Source: Heptranchias perlo
Taxonomy: Eukaryota
Reading direction: 5' to 3'
Assembly (NCBI RefSeq): GCF_035084215.1
Contig: NC_090361.1
Location: 8,246,001 to 8,310,000, forward strand
DNA: 64,000 nucleotides
Shown here: in pieces, positions 1-11,463 of the stretch
How positions within the stretch are numbered: the stretch's first letter is position 1
Layout of the letters: every line of letters begins with the position of its first letter
Made by a program: the position numbers and the translations under genes
The notes under the pieces: generated by a model
Database searches by the model: none
The model's input: the letters and a program-made list of their open reading frames with translations, nothing else
Told to the model about the DNA's origin: nothing

Positions 1-960
1 AGGGCCTGAGGCGCTCCAGGGGCATCATCAGACAAAATGGACATCAAACCAAAGGAGCTATTTAAGGTGTGGGGGGAGGGGGTGGTGGTGGTAGTGATGA
101 TTAAAACCTTGATCAAAGAGGTGGGTTTTAAGGATGGTCTTAAAGGAGGACAGGGAGGTGGAGAGAAGTTCAGAGCGTAGGACCTAGATGGCCGAACAGG
201 AGATAACTTAGGTCAGTGCTGATGGGTGAGTAGGACTTGTGTTTTGGATAAGCTAGTTTACAGAGGGTGGAAGGTGAGAGGCTGGCCAGATGAGTATTGG
301 AATAGTTGAGTCTGGAAGTGACAATGGCATTGATGAGAAGTTCAGCAGCAGATGGGCTGAGGCAAGGGCAGAGGCAGATGATGTTTACACAGGTGGAAGT
401 ACACAATCTTTGAGAGATGTTGGGTTGGAAGCCCAGCTCGAGGCCAAACAGGACACAGGTTGCAAACAGTCTGGTTCATCCTGAGAAAATGAGTGGGGAA
501 GAATGAAGGAATTGGCAATGAGGGTAGGAAGTTTGTGGTGGGAGCCGAAGATGACGACTTCAGTCTTCCCTAAACCTCTTTGCCTCTCTCTCCTCCTTTA
601 AGACGCTCCTTAAAACCGACCTCTTTGACCAAGCCTTTGGTCACCTGCCCTAATATCTCCTTATATGGCTCTGTCAAATTTTGTTTGATAACGCTCCTGT
701 GAAGCGCCTTGAGACTTTTTACTACGTTAAAGGCGCTGTTTAAATGCAAGTAGTTGTTAACTAGAGGAAATTGCGGCTCATCCAAAACTGGATGTCAGAC
801 AAGCAATCTGATAACACAGACGGTGAAGGGGTCGAGACATGGTGGAGGGGTAGATCTGGGTGTTGTCAATGAACATGTGGAAGCTGACCCCATGTCTTCG
901 ACAATGTGGTCAAGGGGCAGCATGTAGATGAGGAGGAGGAACATACAAGGAAACAGGAAA
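1..960 (-). mobile_element. Old L2-type LINE fragment, with a younger plus-strand L2 3' end inserted at ~568-757
   Basis: Minus-strand translation LINAIVTSRLNYSN is an L2 ORF2 motif. The plus-strand insert is near-identical to the L2 tail at 63480-63670. Confidence 0.7.
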
Positions 961-1157
961 ACTACAAAGAGACACACTGGAGATTCGTAGTCTTATCAAA
1001 ACCAGTGAGTAGATAAAGAACACCAGCCCATAATGCACATATAAATAAAAAGTTAAGAACCTTAGAGACAAGTCACTGATGTGTATTTCTGAATGTTAAG
1101 ACTAATGTGAAAGCAACTAATGTAACCTGAAATTTTAAAAAGTTTAAAGAAAGAAGG

Positions 1158-1470
1158 TCCCCAGCCATACAGACCAGAAGGTCCCAGGTTTGTTCCACAG
1201 TCTGTTGAGTTATCAGACCTTAAGCTGGGGCAATACAATTAATGTCAGCACCTTGGGCTGGTGAGAAGGAAGAGAAGAACTAAGTTTTCTGATTTGATCA
1301 CTGTCTGGTGATCCCCTGTTGGAATAGTGTGAGTGCACTTATGTCAAATGAGGATAGGATCAGACTCAGTTGCGATGCCTCTCATAGTAAAATAGCCAGT
1401 TGACACTCAAGACAGAAAATTGCCACTTGGCCCGAGGGGGAGCAGTCAGCACTTTCAGGAAAGAAGGGGA
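1158..1470 (+). mobile_element. Second, older SINE family (LmeSINE1c-like from memory). Further copies on + at ~6975, 16810, 22205, 27385, 28285, 30950, 33080, 38585, 39265, 41115, 43728 and on - at ~46060-46300, 59100-59220, 63860-64000
   Basis: Recurring consensus gccatacagaccagaaggtcccaggtt...tgtgctgagttagctgatctcagc...ctacaattggcctcag...cccctgctggaaagtg...gctgtgatgccc...ccttcaggagaggagg. Confidence 0.7.
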
Positions 1471-2029
1471 GGGAACAAAATACAGTACTCAATGGACATT
1501 TTTTGGTGGTAGTTTATTCTAAAACATACAAACCCAATGCCATAACCATATATTGTACTAATTTCTGTTCCCTTACAAATACTCTGCTAATGGCACATCC
1601 TGTGTTTGTAGATCATCAAGTATCCAAGTACAAGTACCCATGGTAACTCAACTGTTTTGTCTTTACTATGTACAACCCCATGGGATGACTATCATTGACG
1701 CAATGGCAAAAATCAGTAGTTTTCTGGAGAGTGAGTCAGAGGGAGATAGTGTTAAAATCCCCTTAGCAACAGCTGCAATCATTACTAATTTGCAACTCAC
1801 ACCTTGAGAAACCTCAGCGGAGAAAATTATAAATACTTTCTAGCCGTTGAAAACCTGGGAAGGGAATGGTGGACAACACCCAAGCAAATGATTTAAGCCT
1901 AAGGCAGAGCTGAGCGTTAAATCTCCAGGAGGGAAAAATGGGAAAACCAGAGTACCATTCGCCATTATAGGGCATGACAACCAACACCAACTCCTCGTCT
2001 TTGTGGTAACTTTGGTGCATCAGAATTAA

Positions 2030-2525
2030 TTGAGAAAGGCATACGGAAATCTCCTATTATGGTGCAGCGCAGATTCACCAGAATGATACCTGGGCCAAAC
2101 AGGTTAAATTAGGACAGGTTACATAGACTAGGCTCATATTCCTTTGAGTGTAGAAGATTAAGGGATGGTCTAATCGAGGTGTTTAAGATGAGTAAAGGAG
2201 TTGATAGGGTAGATAGGAGAGACACTATTGCCTCTGGTGGGCGGCGTCCTGCTCGAGGGGGCATGACCTTAGAATTAGAGCTAGGCCGTTCAGGGGTGAT
2301 GTCTGGACGCACATCGGCACACACGTGCGTAGTGGACATCTGGATCCTCCTCCTCCTCCTCCAAAAAGCTACGTCAATTGAAAATTTCAAAATGGAGTGA
2401 TAGATTTTTTGTTAGGCAAGGGTTACGGAACCAAGGCGGGTAAATGAGTGAAAGTACATATCAACCATGAGCAGCGGAACAGGCAAGAGGGGCTGAACAG
2501 TCTACTCCTGTTCTTATGTTCTAAG
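2030..2525 (+). mobile_element. CR1 (HER1-like) LINE 3' fragment
   Basis: RRLRDGLIEVFKMSKGVDRVDR; 3'UTR ending cctgttcttatgttct. Confidence 0.8.
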
Positions 2526-3074
2526 TACCCCCACTCCAATGCTGTAATGTTGAACATGCACAGTATAGTTGTTTTGTTTTAAATAAAACTGCAACCAATT
2601 TTTTCCCTGATTCCAGCCATGCAGATCCACTTCATGAAGCGAGCCAGTAGCGCATCATAGTCCTTCTGCTATAGAAACCACCCATTTACATTGAACAGAA
2701 GAACAGAAACGCTGTACATAAATAGGTTTCCACTCGCAGTTTTAAAGCTGCAATTTGCAAATTTGTTTCTGGCTGTCATACCTTACTTTGCTAAGCTGAC
2801 ACCAACCTGGGCTTGTCGTCAGTGGCTTTGCAGTCAAGTGGAGAGCGTAATAAATGGCTCAGACGAGCACCAGTCCAAGCAAGATTTGCCTCTAGTTCCT
2901 AAATCCTGTCCAAAACTATTAATGAAATTTCCTTCAACTCAAGCATGGCCTGGTGCATCTCCAATCTAATAAGTGAAGGCCTGTTCAATCATGCTGGTTG
3001 GAAGCACTGGTTGTATTTGCAAACAAGGCTTCACTGAACCCATTAGTAAAGATATTCTATCAAGACAACGAAAA

Positions 3075-3124
3075 ACAAAAACAAAACACACATTATTCAT
3101 TCCAGGTCCATCCACCAGTTTATT
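3075..3124 (-). terminator. Polyadenylation signal AATAAA plus GU-rich downstream element
   Basis: Minus strand reads AATAAA...gtgtgttttgtttttgtttttcgttgtc. Confidence 0.55.
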
Positions 3125-4537
3125 TTCTTTTGTTGCCATAAGGTATTCATTTAACGATGTGTAATTTTAGTAGATCATGGCAGCACGTGATTGTAAACAG
3201 CTGGCAGGAAAAGACAGGTGCTGAACGGGGAACAACTGGCATTGTTTGGTCACCTCTGGAAAGATAGTCTACATCTGATTAAAAAAAATACAATGATCCT
3301 ATTCAAAAAATTTTAAGACACGATTGTTTGGTCACAGACACAGGAAGGAATACAAAAGCTGGGTTTGGCATAAGTGCAATAAAGGTGCAACTGGACTCCT
3401 GGGTGTGTGCTCTTGAATCAGATTTGCCTTGATAGATTAGTTGGGGAGGAAGAGGGACAGTAAGCCATGTGGGAAGCTGATTTGAGCAGCAATTCAACAA
3501 GAGCAAAACCCGCTAGGCTGTAAAATCAGAAGCCTTAACTGCTACACACCAAGCCCACCCATTTCGTACAGATTCTCAAGTGGTATATACCTCCTGGTTT
3601 CCCACTGTCATTATAGATGAGCAAAGAGGCAACAAAAAAAAACGAGACATTTGTCCCTCAGGGAGGAAAAAGAGACCCTGGAAATCTGTTTCACTCTGCC
3701 TGAATCCAGTCAGCTCAGTACTGAGAGACACTGACATCTGTTACTGAGAAACCCATGACCCAAACTGCCCGCATCTCCCATCGAAAGAGGACTGTGAGGT
3801 TTTGAGCACTTATAAAAAGGAGAGAAATTGGGGGTGGGAGGGTAGAAAAAAACATTCAAAACAAAATCAAACTGTTTTAGCAAAGACATTAGTTGGGTAT
3901 TGTATAATTTTAGTACTTTCACATTTAGGATTTAACTAACATTAACAGATTGCCAGACCTGCCTTCTTGGTGGTGGTGGGGGGGGGAGAAAGGGAAGAAA
4001 ATTCTATGTAAATTATGAATAAGTTGCAGAAGCAACTTGCACACAATCTAGAGCCCAGCCCTGAACCAGAATTTTTTTTTAAAATGTGACTTACTAGTCT
4101 CTTACAGGAGCACCGATAGCCAACGGCACACACAGTAGCAGCTCCAATCAGCCCCATTGATTTTCTCCTCTAAATTTTGTAATCAAGTCTTAGAAAATTT
4201 CAACTTTATTTCACTGAGGTTTATGGCATATCGACTGAGATTGGGTACTGAGCTGAGCCACTGTGCTTCACGGATCTGGGAAGCGGAGGAGAGGAGAAGA
4301 GAAAGACTGCGTCATTAAAAACAAGAGATTTATAGAGTTTTGGTTTAGTTCCAAGTGACCAGTGATGGAGGGCTCACCAAATGTTCTGGGGACAAAGGAC
4401 ATCATTTTGGAGGGCTTCAACTAAAAAAAAAAGGAAACTAGTCCATGAGGGAAAAAGGTGCCTGCTGGGTAAACAGTGCTGCAGGCCCCACCAAACTCAA
4501 TTCATCCGCTTGTTTTCGCAGAAGAGGTTCCAACAAC
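3095..4537 (-). other. PRKCSH: Probable terminal 3'UTR exon of PRKCSH
   Basis: Acceptor ctctttcctgtatAG before 4537. AATAAA at 4210-4205 and at 3124-3119; the latter is followed by a GU/U-rich downstream element. Confidence 0.55.
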
Positions 4538-5561
4538 CTATACAGGAAAGAGTAAATATCATATTCAGAAATCAATATGTGTCAGAACAAAATAAATTAG
4601 AAAGTTTGCTTTTTTTTAAAAAAAAAATTGTCTACATTTTTTTGTTCCCACCGCACCCACTTTGTTTCCCAGTTGGCAGGATCAGGTGGGAATCTGTTCA
4701 AGGCTGCCCAAGCCAGCCAGCAAGAGTGTGACTGGCAGTGGCTGCCACCTGTGCGGATTTTCCCTCACTCCCTTTGGGGTGGTCCGCAGTGCATCCCTTA
4801 AATGGAATGACCAGGATTAGGAATTGGGCATACAAGGATATATCAGCACTGACCTGCATCCTACGCATTGCTAGGCACTTGAGAGGAGTCTATGATAAAG
4901 CCAATCATAAGTACATTTCATGTGCCCAACAGCCTTTTCTTCTTTCATATTACATGTTCTTGTAGTCCACTACTCCATTAAGAATTTCAGATTAAAAGCT
5001 GTGTTACATAATCGAAGGGCCATACAATGAATTTAATATGTATGATCCTTTTCTCTCTCTGTTCTCTGATTACCAGGCTGAGTATCAGGCAAGTGGCTGG
5101 CTCCTGTCCTCTGCAACTCTTTGGCCAATTAAGTTGAGAGAACAGATCAGAAATGTAGTCACTCAGGTTTCCTACTGCACACAGTCTGAAAGTACCTGAT
5201 CTCAACATGGGTGAAATCTGTAGCACGCTTTGCAGTTGTTAAGCAGAATGCCATAAGTACATTTTTAAAAATAACAGCAGCAAAGCACCATCTCTTCCTT
5301 TCCCTCCCACATCCCCATTGTTTCCCCAGCCATCCATCATTTGAGGCAGTAATGATAACCTGCTCCCATCATGGAGGAAGCCTAGTCACTGAAGTGCTCT
5401 CAAAGGCCCATCAGCCCGCTTACAAGCAGCAGTAATAGAAGGGATCAGTGCATGAATAAAATGGTCCTGGGAAGGGAAATAAGTTAAGGAAGAATACAAA
5501 CTGAAATCACCATCAATGCTAGGGGAGCTTGGCTCACCTGTTATGTCCATTTGCCCAATTC

Positions 5562-5702
5562 TCACAGTTCATCGTGGTCTGAGCCCTCTTCATCCATTAC
5601 CTCCTGGCAAAGGGCTGGTGTCGAGAACTCCATCAAGTATTCACAGCGGCTGGGCTCTGACGTGGACAACACGGCAGTCTCTTTACCACAAGACAACTTA
5701 AC
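5562..5702 (-). CDS. PRKCSH: PRKCSH exon 17 coding part: [46 protein letters not shown]
   Basis: EPSRCEY motif, HDEL ER-retrieval signal, TGA at 5564-5562. Exon continues to 5538, followed by donor GTGAGC. Confidence 0.97.
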   Translation of the reverse strand, partial: VKLSCGKETAVLSTSEPSRCEYLMEFSTPALCQEVMDEEGSDHDEL

Positions 5703-8700
5703 CTGTTAGCAATTAAAATATACTTAAAGCCATGCTCCTCTAGCCAGGTTAAATGTTAAACTAGCTTGCATCACATTTTATGCATTTGTTCCCTTCCCTT
5801 TTGGTGTCAGTTGGGCTCAGTGGTAGCTCTCACCTCAGTCAGAAGGTCATGGGTTCAAGCCCTTAACCAGGACTTAAGCACATAATTTGAGGTTGATACA
5901 CCAGTTCATTATTGAGCAAGTGTTGCACTGTCAGAACTAATTTGTGCACAAAACAAGGTACCACAAATAGCAATGAGAGGTTGAGGGAGAAATGTTGGCT
6001 AGGGCACCAGGGAATCACCTGCCCTTCTTTAAAAAGTTCTGCAGGATCCTTTACATCCACCTGAACAGGCAGACAGAACCTTGGTTTAACGTCTCATCCT
6101 AATAGACAGCACCTCAATCAATGCAGAAATCCTTCAATACTTCACTGAAGCAGCAACCTGGATTATATGCTCAAGTCCTGGAGAGGGACTTGAACTCACA
6201 ACCTTTCACCCAAGAGGCAAGAGTGCTATCAACTGAGCCATAATGGCACCCAGCAGATTTGCAACAAAATTACTTCCTCTAAATTCAGGTGCATCTTCTG
6301 TTTCTCACACATGCAACAACAAACTATCCATTGTGTGCACAGATACAAATCCAGATGCACTTACCAAAGTGGACCTGTTTGGTCCCTGCCAGCAGCCAGT
6401 ACCGTGTTCGTACTTCATCACACTAAACTTGTTGCTTTCTGGTCCAGCCCATGAACCCCACAAGCTACGTGCACACAAACAAAGAAGTTACTCATGCATT
6501 CCAACATCATAAGTGTCCTTGTTGCAAAATTAACTAAATTATCATTGGGAGATAGGAACAGGAGTGGGCCATTCAGCCACTTGAGCCTGTTCCGCCATTC
6601 CATTAGATCATGGCTGATCTGTATCGCAACTCCGTTTACCCGCATTGGTTCTGTAATCCTTGCCAAACAAAAATCTATCCATCTTAGTTTTGAAATTTTC
6701 AACTGATCCCTCCCCCAGCCTCAACAGCTTTTTGGGGGAAAAGAGTGTTCCAGATTTCCACTTTGTGTGAAGTAGTACTTCCTGATTTCACTCCTGAATG
6801 GCCTAGCTCTAAATTTAAGGTGATGCCCCCTTGTTCTGGACTCCCCCACCAGAGGAAATAGTTTCTCTCTATCTACCTTATCAAATCCTTTAATCATCTT
6901 AAACACCTCAATTAGATCACCCCGAAATCTTCTATACTCAAGGGAACAGAAACCTAACAAAATGAAGCTTTCCCCAAAGGCTCAGTGGGTAAATACACCA
7001 CATTGGGCCATACAGACCACAAGGTGCTGGATTCAATCTTGGTCACAGTTCAGTTAGTTGATCTCAGATGTGCTGCAACTGGCTTCAATGCCCAAGTTTG
7101 AGGGGGTTAAAAACGAGTGATTATTGCTGCTGGAAAGTGCGAGTGTCAGGCAATGGCAGGACTGGTTTCAGCTGAGATGCCTTCCATGGCCAAGTGGCAT
7201 GGCTGCTGTTAACGTTTCTCACGCACGTGAATAACCACTACTTGGATGTGATTCCAGAGCACCCATCTGTGAACCCATTTTCCAGCACGAGTCATTGCAT
7301 TCAGGAGAGTGAAGAAAATGTGAAAAAGATAAAATGAATACCACCTTTGGAAGCAGGCAAAACTTGCCTCATCTGGTGTTCAGGAACACTTCCCCATTGC
7401 AGTCCCTAAGTTCACCAAGTATGGCAACACTGAACACATTACAACTTCCAACCTGAATAAATCTTCACTTAACTGGTTGACTATTCACTGCAACCAAAGC
7501 AATTCTTCCCCCTTGGGGGTCAAAAATTAAACTGTGGACCTTGTACCTATGTGAAGAGTTAGGTTTTGAGGAGGAAGAGCTTGGGTGGGGATCGCTAAGT
7601 TCAAGGGATAATCATTCTATTTCGTGTTTTAGAAACCATCCTATACAAGTCAACAGAAGGTGGGGGTGGGGGAGGAGGGGGGGGGGGGGGAAGAGGAATG
7701 AAACATTCAGCTTTAACAGTTGTTCAACTAAGGAATGATTAAATATTTAACAATTTCATTTTTTTCAAAGCACTTTTGAGATACTGTAGACATTTTAAGG
7801 TCAGTGCAATTTTTTTTTTAAAGAAGATTGAAACAGTAGTTGACAAGAGGAGAGGGGTTATTACTATGAAAATATGAGATTCACCTTCATTCTGCCTAGC
7901 AAAAAACATTCGATATGAAATATATGCGTTCAAGTTCAAAAACAGTGCTTTTCTCTCCGGCACCTTGGCTGACTGGCTGTTATCCATCACATAATCGATC
8001 AAAGTTTAGATCACCCGAATGGCAGACAGAATTAGTGGAAATTTGGAGTACCATTAGGTGGAATGAATTAATTTTTCCGTCTCCAGGTGGTCCCAGACTT
8101 CGGTCCCAGGTTCCACCTGATGTTACAGTTCACCACTTGGAGACGGGCTCACTCGGGCTGCTTTAAGTGGCACGGGAGGCAAGGTGGTTCCCAACCCTGG
8201 GGTCCACCTGCCTTTCTCCGCCACATTCCTGGGCCACGGGAGCCTTCTCTGCTTTGCCAGATTTTCCATGCTTCCCTTCCCCTCTGCTATTCTGCTGTAA
8301 CCATTTATACCTCCTCTGCTCCCATCTTTTGTTTCTTTACTTGTCCCACCATCACCCCGTTTCACCTCACACCATCATTCCTTTTGTCATTTAATCACTT
8401 CTGCCCCACCCTATCGCAGAACTTTCCCTGCCCCCCTTTCTCCTGGACCTGCTATTGCTTAAAAACTGTTCATCTCTAACTTCTTCCAGTTCTGATGAAA
8501 GGTCATTGACCTGAAACGTTAACTCTGTTTCTCTCTCCACAAATGCTGCCTGCCCTGCTGAGTGTTTTCCAGCATTTTCTGTTTTTATTTCAGATTTCCA
8601 GCATCCACCATACTTTGCTTTTGTTTTTGCTTTAAGTGGTATAGTTTGATGAGTTATTTCATCTCATCATGTGGATAAATTTGTGCAGTACTCATTGCTA

Positions 8701-11389
8701 TTCGAAGCCCATGATCTGATTATAGAGTGGCATGGATGGTCATTAAACAGTCTAACTCGAACCACTCTGATCTGCTGACATAAGGATTATCAAGCCAATT
8801 TCAGGCAGGTTAGTTGGTTGCAGTATGGTCGGCTGATGGCACAATGTGCTGGTATACCAAAGCATTGCAGTGCACAATGCTACAATACAGTTTGACTGCC
8901 TTTCCTCGCCTCGTGTTCCTAACCTCAGCTGGACCACCCAGTGAAGGCTGAGCACGGGCAATTCCGAGAAAGCGATGTGGGTAAAAATCTGAGAATCAAC
9001 CCATACTATTTTCTACATTTTGAAGTGAAGGCGAGGAAACATAATAGATGAAAAATAATAAAGGAAAAGTTAAGGAATATCCACTGTACAAATCTACAAT
9101 TATCTTACCCAAGACTCGTTTCTGAACCACCATGTTTTGGCTTTTGTACCACTTTATTGAATGGACAGACTTTGTAGACGTACCTGTAAGAAACAGACAA
9201 CCATTGTTAAACTCAAAATCCTGAACAGCGTTTAATATTTCATTACTTCTAGCCCAGGGATGTCCTCATGCGGCCCCCGAGCCCTGGCAAAGCAGCCCTC
9301 AAAGCCCAGGCAACTCAGTCCTATTTTCCCTTATATTGCTTATTTCCTGGTTTGTCCTATTTGAATTTCATAGGTCTGGAGGTTTGGAAAGGACTGTTTT
9401 TACGCTGTTGCCCTGTGAGTGGATAAGTCATTAAAATGCTCAGAACCATTATTAACTTAAGATACATGCAAATTAATCAGAATATGGAGTTAAAATTACA
9501 GCTCCGAGGTTCCATACTACACATTTATGCGGCACACAAAGACAAGCTTGGACACCCAAGTTCTACTATTCGTACCTTCCCCTTTACAGAGGATTTGAGA
9601 GCACTTGAAAGTATATTAACATGGCAATGTAATGGAGACACAACACATCTGCAGAAGTACTTCATTAACTATCAAAGTACACAGGTGGGAAGAACATTTC
9701 CTTCTCGCCACTAAAGGAAAGACTTGCATTTATATAGCACCTTTCACGTCCTCAGGACATCCCAAAGCTCTTCACAGCCAATGAAGTATTTTTGAAGTGT
9801 AGTCACTGTTGTACGTTGGAAACACGGCAGCCAAATTGCACACAAGGTCCCACAAACAGCAATGAGATAATGACCAGATAATTTTTTTTTTAAATAGTGA
9901 TGTTGGTTGAGGGATAAATGTTAGCCAGGGTAGACCTCCCCTGCTCCTGTTCAAATAGTGCCATGGGATCTTTTACATCCAACTGAGGGGGCAGACAGGG
10001 CCTCAGTTTAACGTCTCATCCGAAAGACGGCATCTCCAGAAATACAGCACTCCCTCAGTACTGTACTGGAATATCAGCCTAGTTTATGTGCTCAAGTCTC
10101 TGGAGTAGGATTGGAACCCACAACCTTCTGGTTTAAGAGGCAAGAGTGCTACCAGCTAAGCTAGAAGCAACACTGACCACAAAATGTTCATGAAGTTACT
10201 TTAATTAGAATGGGGGTGGAGGGGAGAGGGAGAAGAGAGAAAGGGGAGTGTGAACTCAAACTTGCTTTCTCCGGTCACTCCACTTCTACCCAATAACAGA
10301 TTATTGCATTGTGGAGCTTTGCAAGACGGAGGATAAGTTTAGGAGCAACTTCATATAATGTCACGTACACGCACCCTGGTAATCAACTGCAAATTATTTC
10401 TCAAATCAACCTGCTGTAATGGTTTCAAATCATTGATCCTTCACTGCAATTGTCACAACGACAGAGCTCACTGGCCACATACAAATGGGCCCATACCTGG
10501 AATAATTAACAGGATATTCTTTAAAATTAAAAATAATAAAAACAGTACTGCATGCTGCAATAGGTAATATCCGCTACCCTTGTAACTCTGACCTCCTTTG
10601 CATCCTTGGGAGGCAGAGACTACTCTTCAACCCTTCAAAATCTAACCTCTTGGACCATACCTTCAGACACTAACCCTTTTTCCACCAGTGCTTGGCACCC
10701 ATTATTGCGTCTGAGATATGCTTCGGTACGTTTTACTATGTGCATTGAACTATAAAAGTGCCAAGTTGTTGCTTTTATCACAATCAAAGTTCTCAAAATA
10801 CAACTAATATTTACATTGTGCTCCTCACATAATGAAACTTCTCAGAGCACTGAACAAGGGAGGACCTGATCTAAAAAGAGGGTGGAAAAATTTAGATGCA
10901 GATAGGGAGAAAGGGAGGATAAACTGAAGATATGATCAAAGAGAAAGACTTCTGAAGATAACGAGGGAGAAGGCAAAGCAAAGTGGTCGAGATGGGAATA
11001 TTCCAAGGGCAGTGATGCAGCAACTGAACAAACAGACTTTAACGATGAAGTAAATGAAATACACTTCAGCCACCATTTTATTTATGTCAAGAAATGGAAG
11101 TGTTGGCTCAGTTTCCCCTCAGCACTTGTATGAAAGCACCTCACCTCCATTTGTAATGCAGAAACGACTTGCGAGTCCTTTCACCCTCTCCTCCCACTAA
11201 CAATCTGTGCCACCACGTTGACTAAGAATATTTATTAAGAAATATTTAACTTTGGAAATTCAGAGAGTCATAAAGACATAGCTTATTTTGAAAGTTGAAA
11301 AGATTTTGAAGTGTTGGGAAGGCTAACCAGTACAAATGTATACAAGGAGGAAGAGTGAATGCTGACAGTAATGAACTACCACAAAAGTA

Positions 11390-11463
<74 letters not shown>

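Noticed and set aside
8077-8146. Intronic C/D snoRNA or HDV-like ribozyme interpretation of the hairpin
   Set aside because: No properly placed C (RUGAUGA) and D (CUGA) boxes on the host-sense strand. The GGUCCCAG resemblance to HDV is not accompanied by the double-pseudoknot pairing.
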